Shown here: positions 39,020 to 52,563 of the stretch, piece after piece | How the letters are laid out: each line of letters opens with the position of its first letter | How positions within the stretch are numbered: position 1 is the first letter of the stretch | Assembly (NCBI GenBank): GCA_965235115.1 | Contig: OZ249436.1 | Span: 3,164,001-3,228,000, forward strand | From: Laetmonice hystrix | Taxonomy: Eukaryota | Length of the DNA stretch: 64,000 nucleotides | Reading direction: 5' to 3' | Notes under the pieces: model-generated | The model's input: the letters and a program-made list of their open reading frames with translations, nothing else | The model's database searches: none | Told to the model about the DNA's origin: nothing | Made by a program: the position numbers and the translations under genes

Positions 39020-39101
39020 ATCCTGCCGACGGCCCAACGGCTGCTGGACGAACTGCTCTCCTCCCAACATGCCGCCATCAACACAGTCTGTGGAGCACCG
39101 G
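39020..39101 (+). CDS. ZSWIM8: ZSWIM8 coding exon 6
   Basis: ILPTAQRLLDELLSSQHAAINTVCGAP; tttcag| ... |gtgagt. Confidence 0.94.
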
Positions 39102-39552
39102 GTGAGTGAACTGCCTTGGAATACTGGATCAAAGAGGGGTCCATTATCATTATAAAAAAAATATCACATTAATTGTCCTGAGTAAAAAGTCGTCTGGATG
39201 AGTGTAAAATGAAGCGGTCCATGTCGATAAAAGAGTTACTGTGTTTAAATCCTATTTGCCTAATATATGCAGAACTTTAGGGGTTCGAACATGAAAATTC
39301 AAACACGTCCACCTCATTTCATACCTTCCCCTGAGATTTTTAACCTTTGGTAAATGGTGACACACAAACTCTTGTTCTTATAAATCCACCTGAAATTGTG
39401 AGTAGACCGAAGGATCCTGGGAAAGCAGTCAGTATATAGACATTGTTGAACATATAAGTGTTAAAAACAGTTTCAGTCTGAACCCTACATTGAGGGTCTG
39501 TCTCTAGACAGCCAGATTACTGGACTCAACTTGCGAACGTTTGTCCTGGCAG

Positions 39553-39673
39553 ATCCGACAGCAGGCGCGTCAGCCAGCGAACAGACGTCCTGGTGTTTGG
39601 ATGAATCAACTCTACATGACAACATCAAGAAAACCCTCATCAAATTCTGTGTTCCATCACCGATTGTCTTCAG
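39553..39673 (+). CDS. ZSWIM8: ZSWIM8 coding exon 7
   Basis: (D)PTAGASASEQTSWCLDESTLHDNIKKTLIKFCVPSPIVF(S); donor CAG|GTTAGT. Confidence 0.93.
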
Positions 39674-41000
39674 GTTAGTGCTCAACCAGGTTACTAAGGG
39701 TCTTTAAGTCCTCACTTATTAAAGGTCTTCAGGCGAAGGGCTCAACCAGGTTACTAAGGGTCTTTAGGTCCTCAACCAGACTTATTAAAGGTCTTCAGGC
39801 TCAGGGCTCAACCAGGTTACTAAGAGTCTTTAGGTCCTCAACCAGACTCATTAAAGGTCTTCAGGCGAAGGGCTCAACCAGGTTACTAAGGGTCTTTAGG
39901 TCCTCAACCAGACTTATTAAAGGTCTTCAGGCGAAGTGCTCAACCAGGTTACTAAGGGTCTTTAGGTCCTCAACCAGACTTATTAAAGGTCTTCAGGCGA
40001 AGGGCTCAACCAGGTTACTAAGGGTCTTTAGGTCCTCAACCAGACTTATTAAAGGTCTTCAGGCGAAGTGCTCAACCAGGTTACTAAGGGTCTTTAGGTC
40101 CTCAACCAGACTTATTAAAGGTCTTCAGGCGAAGGGCTCAACCAGGTTACTAAGGGTCTTTAGGTCCTCAACCAGACTTATTAAAGGTCTTCAGGTCAAT
40201 GCTCAACCAGGTTACCAAGGGTCTTTAGGTCCTCAACCAGACTTATTGAAGGTCTTCAGGTTAGTGCTTAACCAGGTTACTAAGGGTCTTTAGGTCCTCA
40301 ACCAGACTTATTGAAGGTCTTCAGGCGAAGTGCTCAACCAGGTTACTAAGGGTCTTTAGGTCCTCAACCAGACTTATTAAAGGTCTTCAGGTCAATGCTC
40401 AACCAGGTTACCAAGGGTCTTTAGGTCCTCAACCAGACTTATTGAAGGTCTTCAGGTTAGTGCTTAACCAGGTTACTAAGGGTCTTTAGGTCCTCAACCA
40501 GACTTATTGAAGGTCTTCAGGTTAGTGCTTAACCAGGTTACTAAGGGTCTTTAGGTCCTCAACCAGACTTATTAAAGGTCTTCAGGTTAGTGCTCAGTCA
40601 GGTTACTAAGGGTCTTTAGGTCCTCAACCAGACTTATTAAAGGTCTTCAGGTCAATGCTCAACCAGGTTACCAAGGGTCTTTAGGTCCTCAACCAGACTT
40701 ATTAAAGGTCTTCAGGTCAATGCTCAACCAGGTTACTAAGGGTCTTTAGGTCCTCAACCAGACTTATTAAAGGTCTTCAGGTCAATGCTCAACCAGGTTA
40801 CTAAGGGTCTGTAGGTCCTCAACCAGACTTATTAAAGGTCTTCAGGTTAGTGCTCAGTCAGGTTACTAAGGGTCTTTAGGTCCTCAACCAGACTTATTAA
40901 AGGTCTTTAGGCTAAGCTGAACTAGGTTACTAAGGGTCTTTAGGTCCTCAACCAGTCTTATTAAAGGTCTTTAGGCTATAGCACAACCAGGTTCAAAGGG
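39666..41000. repeat. Minisatellite, 65-66-bp dimeric unit x~20, starting across the exon 7 donor
   Basis: GGTCTTCAGG....GCTCAACCAGGTTACTAAGGGTCTTTAGGTCCTCAACCAGACTTATTAAA repeated. Confidence 0.93.
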
Positions 41001-42444
41001 CCTTTAGGGTTAGGGCTCACCAAGGATTAGTGGTCAACCACGTTCCTTAGAGGGCAGCTAAAACTGTGGAATGAAGGGCTTTCGTTCCCACATCCTGATC
41101 CGACTCATCTGCAGTTGGTACAGAACTTTGTATATCAATGGCACTTCACAGGTTTTTCTTGGCTCTAACAAGTTTTCCAGATAAGATGTCATTATAATAT
41201 TATGTCTGAGTCCAGGGAGACTTTGAACTGGTGGATGTTGTAGTAGTCATCCCTTGACCCCAAGTCTCCTGTGTGGTGGCAGACCAGGCTCTTCACCACA
41301 GTCCTGGTGCTGGTTACAGTCATTATGTAGAACCCAGTGTTGGGGAAAAAAGGAACAATTGTTAATGTAACACATGATGTTTCCACAGTGGTCTGTGGTG
41401 AAGAACCAATTTTCTTCCGTACCTATTCACAGGAGATCAAAGTATGTGGGAGGGTCATGCACCCAGCTAGTGCCTCGGTCATGTCATGTTTAATATCATG
41501 CTTTGTCCGACTACACCTCAGAAAACGCTTTGAATCGCATTATACAGATACTAAGATGGGATCTTTAGTTAGGATTATGTAGAAGAACCTTGGCAGCAGG
41601 CCAAGGACTGATTATGGCTTTCAACACGTGTGCTTAATGATGGTAAATTAGAGGTCGAGCCATAGAGAGATGTTTTTATGGTAATATCACCAGCTCGGTG
41701 TGTACTAGCCTGCAGGCACGGGCCAGTTTTTATTACTACACCTCAGTCGCTCGACCACGTGGGAGGTAGGTTTTATGGTGCTGGCCGAGGTGTTTTCATA
41801 TGATCTATGAATACAAGTAGTTGTCTCTCCATGCCAGGTTCTCTATCAGCTAAACCATTCCCCGGAGGTGAAAGCCATTTGCGCTGACACCTCCCAACTG
41901 ACTGTTGTATGTTGTACTGGATCAGTCCCTGTGATGAGGAAGACCTTGAAGGATTCCTACCTGATATGATGCGGCAAGGATAGCTCTGCATCACATATTG
42001 ATGCTCGGGGGTTTGTAACGAAAGAGGCAGAACTGGTGTTCACTTGTAGGCCATCAATATCTCAACTCTTATATGAATTTGGCAATTTACTGTTAGGTCA
42101 TTGGCCTTGACCCCTGGCCTTGACCCCTGGCCTTGACCCCTGTCAGCCTTCTGTTGATATTTCCTATATTTTCTGAAGGATTAAAGTTAGGGGTTAACCA
42201 AGTGAATGTGACATGAAAGACATGAAATCCAGACTGTACTACAAACAATTACCTAATACGTAGTGTGGTTCTCTGGCCAGGTTTGACCTTGGTGAAGGTC
42301 ACGGACTGTGGATCCACATAGAAGGCTGTCACAGATCTCTAGCCTTCAATAGGTCGGTCTGGTCCATTGTCGTATCCTTGAACCTTCAGGATCTTATATA
42401 AAGGCCAAGGTCAGAGGTGGAGTCGACCATTTGAAGTCAGCCTC

Positions 42445-43433
42445 CTGATATCCTACACAAAGTGATGTCAGCAACCACTGGTCATAACTAAACAACAAAC
42501 CATAACAATAAGTCATAAAGTTGAGATAATTCAATCTGACATGATGCCATGTGATTTAACCAGCAACCACTGGCCATAACTAAACAACCATAACAATAAA
42601 TTATAAAGTTGGGATATATTCAATCTGACATGATGCGATGTGATTTACCATGATATCCTACACAAAGTGATGTCAGCAACCACTGGCCATAACTAAACAA
42701 CAAACCATAACAATAAGTCATAAAGTTAGGATATATTCAATCTGACATGATGCCATGTGATTTACCATGATATCATACACAGAGTGATGTCAGCAATCAC
42801 TGGCCATAACTAAACAACAAACCATAACAATAAATTATAAAGTTGGGATATATTCAATCTGACATGATGCCATGTGATTTACCATGATATCCTACACAAA
42901 GTGATGTCAGCAACCACTGGCCATAACTAAACAACAAACCATAACAATAAGTCATAAAGTTGGGATATATTCAATCTGACATGATGCCATGTGATTTACC
43001 ATGATATCATACACAGAGTGATGTCAGCAATCACTGGCCATAACTAAACAACAAACCATAACAATAAATTATAAAGTTGGGATATATTCAATCTGACATG
43101 ATGCGATGTGCCAGCAACCACTGGCCATAACTAAACAACAAACCATAACAATAAGTCATAAAGTTAGGATATATTCAATCTGACATGATGCGATGTGATT
43201 TCCCATGATATCCTACACAAAGTGATGTCAGCAACCACTGGCCATAACTAAACAACCATAACAATAAGTCATAAAGTTAGGATATATTCAATCTGACATG
43301 ATGCGATGTGATTTACCATGATATCCTACACAGAGTGATGTCAGCAATCACTGGCCATAACTAAACAACAAACCATAACAATAAGTCATAAAGTTAGGAT
43401 ATATTCAATCTGACATGATGCGATGTGATTTAC
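42445..43433. repeat. Tandem repeat, 117-bp unit x~9
   Basis: TGATATC...CAGCAACCACTGGCCATAACTAAACAAC... at 42651, 42768, 42885 and further copies. Confidence 0.92.
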
Positions 43434-43711
43434 CCCCCCCCCCCCCCACCCACCCCCAGGAAGGACCAACAATAGAATATCATACATCAAACAGTCCTGT
43501 TGAAAGCTAACAGGTCGGAGTGAGTGATATTAAGGTCCGTTATGTGTGGATGTTCAGAAGTAGGTGGCTCAACCAGACATTTCCTTTGAGGTTCATCGTG
43601 CTGCTCCAACAACCACTGGATTGTTCCTTTACATTTAGTGGTTCCTTTACAGTCATAGTATACAACATGTCAATAAGTCACTTGTGTGGGTCAAATCAGT
43701 GCTTATTGGAG

Positions 43712-43902
43712 GGTATATCGCTCATGATAACATAAACCCCACGAAATTTGGTGGAAAGTAAAGATCCATGGCCCTGACCATATCCCTAACCCCTAACCCC
43801 AGTCCCTAAACCTCCCAAAAACATATCCCCTATCCTATCCCTATCCCTATCCTTGACCTTAACCCTAACCCCTGCCCAAACATTTCGTGGAAAGTTATCA
43901 TG
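43712..43902. mobile_element. Short interspersed element with subterminal inverted repeats and CCCTAA-like core
   Basis: CATGATAAC..CACGAAAT / ATTTCGTG..GTTATCATG; second copy, inverted, at 58814-58969. Confidence 0.6.
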
Positions 43903-44679
43903 GGGGAAGAACCTATTGGAGAGAATGCAGGGGCGGATCCGGGGGGCGTTGAATAAATAGATGAGTAAATTCCTGGGGTTTTCTGAAACATGATTAATAG
44001 AAATAGAAAGGGGTTGTTTGGGGACCATTGAGCGAACATTGCTTTCTGTATGTCAGTATGTATTATACAGGAACCGGTATAGCGTCAGAAACTAACGTAT
44101 TCAAATCCTCACCAAAATGATCTTCACAATATTTAAATGATATCACATGCTGCCAAACTTCAGTTCTATATCGGTCAAAGATACCTGAATATAAGCTAAA
44201 CGCGATCGAGACTGATAGTGCAAAAAGTAGTGGTCGGAAAGTATAGTTTATGTGACACGTGATATAGGGTTGGCCAGGTGGGATATTGAGGTGGACAGGT
44301 AAGAGATAGAAGTGTTTCGAATGATGACTTGTGGCCAGCTGACCTCGCCATTGTTCCTTACTGGGTCAGCAGAGAACAAAGACAATAGCTGAGGTCCAGC
44401 TCTTTGTGTGCCGGGGCGACCCCCCCCCCCCTCCCCTCCCCGTGCATAACCGACAGCTGACCTGGTCAGTCGGTGATGTCTGAAAGAATACCTCGTTATA
44501 AATGTAAATCATTAGATCAAGACAACAGGGCCCTGGCTGGGTCGGTGGCGGGGGCCCTGGCGGGGGCCTCCAGCCAACCATTGTCTGGCCGACTAGCCTG
44601 CCATAGGTGGCGGGGGGCCCTGGCGGGGGCCTCCAGCCAACCATTGTCTGGCCGACTAGCCTGCCATACTCGGACCGTC

Positions 44680-47600
44680 ACCTCCCGCCCGGGTCCTGGT
44701 ATAAACTAGTCGAGGAGGTCGGACCTCTAACCTCACGTCACTGAGCTGTGTTAGGTGTGGGTGGAGGTTGTCTGAGAGCACTGAGGGTCCGGTGGGAACC
44801 TCCCGCCCGGGTCATGGTATAAACTAGGCGAGGAGGTCGGACCTCTAACCTCACGTCACTGAGCTGTGTTAGGTGTGGGTTGTCTGAGAGCACTGAGGGT
44901 CCGGTGGGAACCTCCCGCCCGGGTCCTGGTATAAACTAGTCGAGGAGGTCGGACCTCTAACCTCACGTCACTGAGCTGTGTTAGGTGTGGGTGGAGGTTG
45001 TCTGAGAGCACTGAGGGTCCGGTGGGAACCTCCCGCCCGGGTCCTGGTATAAACTAGTCGAGGAGGTCGGACCTCTAACCTCACGTCACTGAGCTGTGTT
45101 AGGTGTGGGTGGAGGTTGTCTGAGAGCACTGAGGGTCCGGTGGGAACCTCCCGCCCGGGTCCTGGTATAAACTAGACGAGGAGGTCGGACCTCTAACCTC
45201 ACGTCACTGAGCTGTGTTAGGTGTGGGTGGAGGTTGTCTGAGAGCACTGAGGGTCCGGTGGGAACCTCCCGCCCGGGTCCTGGTATAAACTAGGCGAGGA
45301 GGTCGGACCTCTAACCTCACGTCACTGAGCTGTGTTAGGTGTGGTTGGAGGTTGTCTGAGAGCACTGAGGGTCCGCTGGGAACCTCCCGCCCGGGTCCTG
45401 GTATAAACTAGACGAGGAGGTCGGACCTCTAACCTCACGTCACTGAGCTGTGTTAGGTGTGGGTGTAGGTTGTCTGAGAGCACTGAGGGTCCGGTGGGAA
45501 CCTCCCGCCCGGGTCCTGGTATAAACTAGGCGAGGAGGTCGGACCTCTAACCTCACGTCACTGAGCTGTGTTAGGTGTGGGCGGAGGTTGTCTGAGAGCA
45601 CTGAGGGTCCGGTGGGAACCTCCCGCCCGGGTCCTGGTATAAACTAGGCGAGGAGGTCGGACCTCTAACCTCACGTCACTGAGCTGTGTTAGGTGTGGGT
45701 GGAGGTTGTCTGAGAGCACTGAGGGTCCGGTGGGAACCTCCCGCCCGGGTCCTGGTATAAACTAGTCGAGGAGGTCGGACCTCTAACCTCACGTCACTGA
45801 GCTGTGTTAGGTGTGGGTGGAGGTTGTCTGAGAGCACTGAGGGTCCGGTGGGAACCTCCCGCCCGGGTCCTGGTATAAACTAGTCGAGGAGGTCGGACCT
45901 CTAACCTCACGTCACTGAGCTGTGTTAGGTGTGGGTGGAGGTTGTCTGAGAGCACTGAGGGTCCGGTGGGAACCTCCCGCCCGGGTCCTGGTATAAACTA
46001 GGCGAGGAGGTCGGACCTCTAACCTCACGTCACTGAGCTGTGTTAGGTGTGGGTGGAGGTTGTCTGAGAGCACTGAGGGTCCGGTGGGAACCTCCCGCCC
46101 GGGTCCTGGTATAAACTAGACGAGGAGGTCGGACCTCTAACCTCACGTCACTGAGCTGTGTTAGGTGTGGGTGTAGGTTGTCTGAGAGCACTGAGGGTCC
46201 GGTGGGAACCTCCCGCCCGGGTCCTGGTATAAACTAGGCGAGGAGGTCGGACCTCTAACCTCACGTCACTGAGCTGTGTTAGGTGTGGGTGGAGGTTGTC
46301 TGAGAGCACTGAGGGTCCGGTGGGAACCTCCCGCCCGGGTCATGGTATAAACTAGACGAGGAGGTCGGACCTCTAACCTCACGTCACTGAGCTGTGTTAG
46401 GTGTGGGTGGAGGTTGTCTGAGAGCACTGAGGGTCCGGTGGGAACCTCCCGCCCGGGTCCTGGTATAAACTAGGCGAGGAGGTCGGACCTCTAACCTCAC
46501 GTCACTGAGCTGTGTAAGGTGTGGGTTGTCTGAGAGCACGGAGGGTCCGGTGGGAACCTCCCGCCCGGGTCATGGTATAAACTAGGCGAGGAGGTCGGAC
46601 CTCTAACCTCACGTCACTGAGCTGTGTTAGGTGTGGGTGGAGGTTGTCTGAGAGCACTGAGGGTCCGCTGGGAACCTCCCGCCCGGGTCCTGGTATAAAC
46701 TAGGCGAGGAGGTCGGACCTCTAACCTCACGTCACTGAGCTGTGTTAGGTGTGGTTGGAGGTTGTCTGAGAGCACTGAGGGTCCGGTGGGAACCTCCCGC
46801 CCGGGTCCTGGTATAAACTAGTCGAGGAGGTCGGACCTCTAACCTCACGTCACTGAGCTGTGTTAGGTGTGGGTGGAGGTTGTCTGAGAGCACTGAGGGT
46901 CCGGTGGGAACCCCCCGCCCGGGTCCTGGTATAAACTAGACGAGGAGGTCGGACCTCTAACCTCACGTCACTGAGCTGTGTAAGGTGTGGGGGAGGTTGT
47001 CTGAGAGAGGGTCCGGTGGGAACCTCCCGCCCGGGTCCTGGTATAAACTAGATGAGGAGGTCGGACCTCTAACCTCACGTCACTGAGCTGTGTTAGGTGT
47101 GGGTGGAGGTTGTCTGAGAGGGTCCGGTGGAAACCTCCCGCCCGGGTCCTGGTATAAACTAGGCGAGGAGGTCGGACCTCTAACCTCACGTCACTGAGTT
47201 GTGTTAGGTGTGGGTGGAGGTTGTCTGAGAGCACTGAGGGTCCGGTGGGAACCTCCCGCCCGGGTCCTGGTATAAACTAGACGAGGAGGTCGGACCTCTA
47301 ACCTCACGTCACTGAGCTGTGTTAGGTGTGGGTGGAGGTTGTCTGAGAGCACTGAGGGTCCGGTGGGAACCTCCCGCCCGGGTCATGGTATAAACTAGGC
47401 GAGGAGGTCGGACCTCTAACCTCACGTCACTGAGTTGTGTTAGGTGTGGGTGGAGGTTGTCTGAGAGCACTGAGGGTCCGGTGGGAACCTCCCGCCCGGG
47501 TCCTGGTATAAACTAGGCGAGGAGGTCGGACCTCACGTCACTGAGCTGTGTTAGGTGTGGGTGGAGGTTGTCTGAGAGCACTGAGGGTCCGGTGGGAACC

Positions 47601-48299
47601 TCCCGCCCGGGTCCTGGTATAAACTAGACGAGGAGGTCAGACCTCTAACCTCACGTCACTGAGCTGTGTTAGGTGTGGGTGGAGGTTGTCTGAGAGGGTC
47701 CGGTGGGAACCTCCCGCCCGGGTCCTGGTATAAACTAGACGAGGAGGTCGGACCTCTAACCTCACGTCACTGAGCTGTGTTAGGTGTGGGTGTAGGTTGT
47801 CTGAGAGCACTGAGGGTCCGGTGGGAACCTCCCGCCCGGGTCCTGGTATAAACTAGACGAGGAGGTCGGACCTCTAACCTCACGTCACTGAGCTGTGTTA
47901 GGTGTGGTTGGAGGTTGTCTGAGAGCACTGAGGGTCCGGTGGGAACCTCCCGCCCGGGTCCTGGTATAAACTAGACGAGGAGGTCGGACCTCTAACCTCA
48001 CGTCACTGAGCTGTGTTAGGTGTGGTTGGAGGTTGTCTGAGAGCACTGAGGGTCCGGTGGGAACCTCCCGCCCGGGTCCTGGTATAAACTAGACGAGGAG
48101 GTCGGACCTCTAACCTCACGTCACTGAGCTGTGTTAGGTGTGGTTGGAGGTTGTCTGAGAGCACTGAGGGTCCGGTGGGAACCTCCCGCCCGGGTCCTGG
48201 TATAAACTAGACGAGGAGGTCGGACCTCTAACCTCACGTCACTGAGCTGTGTTAGGTGTGGGTGGAGGTTGTCTGAGAGCACTGAGGGTCCGGTGGGAA
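44680..48299. repeat. Satellite array, 118-bp unit x~31
   Basis: CCTCCCGCCCGGGTCCTGGTATAAACTAG.CGAGGAGGTCGGACCTCTAACCTCACGTCACTGAGC... highly homogeneous. Confidence 0.97.
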
Positions 48300-48704
48300 G
48301 TGTTGAGGGTGGAAGGCTGGGGTGCAGGAATGGGGTACTGAAAGGCGAGGGGGCACAGGGGGACGTGGAGAGCAGCGCTCTGCAGTTATCATTGAAATGT
48401 CAAATAATAAAGTGTCATTTACAGAAGAATAAAGGAGTGTGTCCCAGAGAGGATTTCTCCCGTAATGAGATCGTCATACGCTAGAATCGTCCTGAGAGTA
48501 CATCCAGTTAGCAGGATTTGTTGTCAACATGGGTGAATCAAACTGCAAGCCACAACCTATAACATGACATAGACAGAGAGCGTGGAGGGTTACCGTGTTA
48601 CCTTGCCCTGTACATGGTGCTATTGTTATAGGGTCGGGGGGGGGGGACGCTGCCCGAGCAGTGGTCAGAATTCATCTACCGACCCGCGGTGCCCGTTAAT
48701 GACA

Positions 48705-49447
48705 CGCCCGTGTGCAGTATGCCCTGGCCTGTACGCCCGTGTGCAGTACGCCTGGCCTGTACGCCCGTGTGCAGTACGCCTGGCCTGTACGCCCGTGTGC
48801 AGTACGCCTGGCCTGTACGCCCGTGTGCAGTATGCCTGGCCTGTACGCTCGTGTGCAGTATGCCCTGGCCTGTACGCCCGTGTGCAGTATGCCTGGCCTG
48901 TACGCCCGTGTGCAGTATGCCCTGGCCTGTACGCCCGTGTGCAGTATGCCAGGCCTGTACGCCCGTGTGCAGTATGCCCTGGCCTGTACGCCCGTGTGCA
49001 GTATGCCCTGGCCTGTACGCCCGTGTGCAGTATGCCCTGGCCTGTACGCCCGTGTGCAGTATGCCCTGGCCTGTACGCCCGTGTGCAGTATGCCTGGCCT
49101 GTACGCCCGTGTGCAGTATGCCCTGGCCTGTACGCCCGTGTGCAGTATGCCAGGCCTGTACGCCCGTGTGCAGTATGCCCTGGCCTGTACGCCCGTGTGC
49201 AGTATGCCAGGCCTGTACGCCCGTGTGCAGTATGCCCTGGCCTGTACGCCCGTGTGCAGTATGCCCTGGCCTGTACGCCCGTGTGCAGTATGCCCTGGCC
49301 TGTACGCTCGTGTGCAGTATGCCAGGCCTGTACGCCCGTGTGCAGTATGCCCTGGCCTGTACGCCCGTGTGCAGTATGCCCTGGCCTGTACGCCCGTGTG
49401 CAGTATGCCCTGGCCTGTACGCTCGTGTGCAGTATGCCCTGGCCTGT
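48705..49447. repeat. Minisatellite, 28-29-bp unit x~26
   Basis: GCCCGTGTGCAGTATGCCCTGGCCTGTAC repeated. Confidence 0.96.
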
Positions 49448-49687
49448 AACAACACCTCTCCACTCGCTATTGATTTAAAGTATTCACCGATCTCCAGTTT
49501 TACCATCCGAAACGCCATGATTTACTCCGTGCCTGTCATTCCCATTCAAACCGTAGAATGTATACGTATACTGCAGCAAATTTATCCCCAAACAATCGGT
49601 TTATGGCAGATTTATGACATTTCTGGCTCGCGAACTCCAAAGGTTCATTGACGGTTTCACATCTCAACAGTTCTATCAGGACTATAA

Positions 49688-51355
49688 GAATACCAGGTAG
49701 CATTCACAGGTGTGAATCATAGGAATTTGTAATCTGAAATACCAGGTATCATTCACAGGTGTGCATCATAGGAATTTGTAATCTGAAATACCAGGTATCA
49801 TTCACAGGTGTGCATCATAGGAATTTGTAATCTGAAATACCAGGTATCATTCACAGGTGTGCATCATAGGAATTTGTAATCTGAAATACCAGGTATCATT
49901 CACAGGTGTGCATCATAGGGATTTATAATCTGAAATACCAGGTATCATTCACAGGTGTGCATCATAGGAATTTGTAATCTGAAATACCAGGTATCATTCA
50001 CAGGTGTGCATCATAGGAATTTGTCATCTAAAATACCAGGTATCATTCACAGGTGTGCATCATAGGAATTTGTAATCTGAAATACCAGGTATCATTCACA
50101 GGTGTGCATCATAGGGATACGTAATCTGAAATACCAGGTATCATTCACAGGTGTGCATCATAGGAATTTGTAATCTGAAATACCAGGTATCATTCACAGG
50201 TGTGCATCATAGAAATTTGTAATCTAAAATACCAGGTATCATTCACAGGTGTGCATCATAGAAATTTGTAATCTAAAATACGAGGTATCATTCACAGGTG
50301 TGCATCATAGGGTGTTGTAATCTGAAATACCAGGTATCATTCACAGGTGTGCATCATAGGAATTTGTAATCTAAAATACCAGGTATCATTCACAGGTGTG
50401 CATCATAGGAATCTGTAATCTGAAATACCAGGTATCATTCACAGGTGTGCATCATAGGAATCTGTAATCTGAAATACCAGGTATCATTCACAGGTGTGCA
50501 TCATAGGAATTTGTAATCTGAAATACCAGGTATCATTCACAGGTGTGCATCATAGGAATTTGTAATCTAAAATACCAGGTATCATTCACAGGTGTGCATC
50601 ATAGGAATCTGTAATCTGAAATACGAGGTATCATTCACAGGTGTGCATCATAGGAATTTGTAATCTGAAATACCAATTATCATTCACAGGTGTGCATCAT
50701 AGGAATTTGTAATCTGAAATACCAGGTATCATTCACAGGTGTGCATCATAGGAATCTGTAATCTGAAATACCAGGTATCATTCACAGGTGTGCATCATAG
50801 GAATTTGTAATCTGAAATACCAATTATCATTCACAGGTGTGCATCATAGGAATTTGTAATCTGAAATACCAGGTATCATTCACAGGTGTGCATCATAGGA
50901 ATTTGTAATCTGAAATACCAATTATCATTCACAGGTGTGCATCATAGGAATTTGTAATCTGAAATACCAATTATCATTCACAGGTGTGCATCATAGGAAT
51001 TTGTAATCTGAAATACCAGGTATCATTCACAGGTGTGCATTATAGGAATTTGTAATCTGAAATACCAGGTATCATTCACAGGTGTGCATCATAGGAATTT
51101 GTAATCTGAAATACCAGGTATCATTCACAGGTGTGCATCATAGGGATTTATAATCTGAAATACCAGGTATCATTCACAGGTGTGCATCATAGGAATCTGT
51201 AATCTAAAATACCAGGTATCATTCACAGGTGTGCATCATAGGAATTTGTAATCTGAAATACCAGGTATCATTCACAGGTGTGCATTATAGGAATTTGTAA
51301 TCTGAAATACCAGGTATCATTCACAGGTGTGCATCATAGGAATTTGTAATCTGAA
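49688..51355. repeat. Minisatellite, 49-bp unit x~34
   Basis: GAAATACCAGGTATCATTCACAGGTGTGCATCATAGGAATTTGTAATCT repeated. Confidence 0.97.
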
Positions 51356-51848
51356 AGTTTACCCTAAGTGTCCCTTTGACCTTGGAGACAAAGGTAGAAC
51401 AGTCAGTGGAGAGAATAGAAGGAACAGATAGAAAGGTCAGACCGAGGTCAATGGTGACTTGACGGTGACCCCTGTGACCTTCAGAAATCCTGTACCTTTG
51501 CTGGATACAATATCTAACGTAGTGAAGAGATTGGCAAGTAAGAATATACAAGCGTCAGATTGTCAGAATGAGCAGTGAAGGTACGCATGGTTATGGTTAT
51601 GGGTGGCTGGGTGCGTGATGCCATGTCAACGGTCGTCACGGGAACCAGACCGCCCGGGATCAGAGGTCAGGGCGGGTCACGTGACGCCTCCACGTGCGTG
51701 TTCACGTGGCGAGCCGTGAATCAGTTATCACGGTTCGTTGGTTATCACAGTCTGGTTAACCTTCGAGGATTGAACAAAATATCGATTCCTGCCTTTCTGC
51801 CTTTCTAATAATTAAGCTGTCTAATTAAGCTCATGTAATTAGAATATT

Positions 51849-52460
51849 GATATCGTACAGATATTTTACAGCTGCTTATAGACATTACTTGATAACATTT
51901 CTGCAAACCTCCTTCGTTTTAAACTTTAATGTGCCTCTAGCTTTAATCTTGAGTCATGCTAACAGCAATCTAGACAGTGTATGCCGAAAGGACATTGTGT
52001 TCTCACATGGTGTGGATGGCAGCTTTGATACCAGAATTGGTCTAACAATAGTAGCAGGACATCTATAGGCGCCCAATTAGAGAACCTTAATTCCCCGTGT
52101 TTTAGCACCTGTTTGATGCAGCGTCCAGCGTCAATGTGTCCGTTTCACAACTGACTATTCCATCTCCTCTATATCTTTGTTCAGTCAAGCGTATTCAGTC
52201 CTTTGAGTCTGGCAACAAGATAATTTCAGTACAAGCAGGCTGCCCACTAAGGGCTTGGGCCAATAGCTGGTCAGGGTTATTTTGTTCTATTTTATTGGTC
52301 GGTTTGGGACCAGCCATTTTCCTTATATACTGATGTTATACCTTGAAACCTCACTTGGAGTTTTGGAATCGGAAATAAACAACCATCGTTAAACAACCAG
52401 GCTCCGTCCTTCTGCCCAGCAGTCTTCTGAAGGTCGTGGGCATACCAAATCCTGACGACA
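51849..52460 (+). repeat. 5' LTR
   Basis: Matches 53758-54369 at constant offset 1909 with no mismatch seen. Confidence 0.9.
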
Positions 52461-52462
52461 AA

Positions 52463-52480
52463 TGGTGGAGTTAACCCGGG
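52463..52480 (+). other. Putative primer-binding site (tRNA-Ala-like)
   Basis: TGGTGGAG, 2 nt after the LTR, is complementary to the CUCCACCA 3' end typical of tRNA-Ala; match beyond 8 nt is imperfect. Confidence 0.55.
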
Positions 52481-52563
52481 TAGTTGGCACTTTCTAGTTG
52501 CTAACAATCCCTCATGTGAACTATCACAACCCAGAAGACACAACCTTGCCTGAAGATACAACC

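Noticed and set aside
48582..49651. Cys-rich ORFs of 245-320 aa on both strands
   Set aside because: Translations of a 28-29-bp minisatellite
52498..52563. TTG start of the 385-aa ORF in the track
   Set aside because: Eukaryotic context; the first in-frame ATG with a strong Kozak context is at 52564
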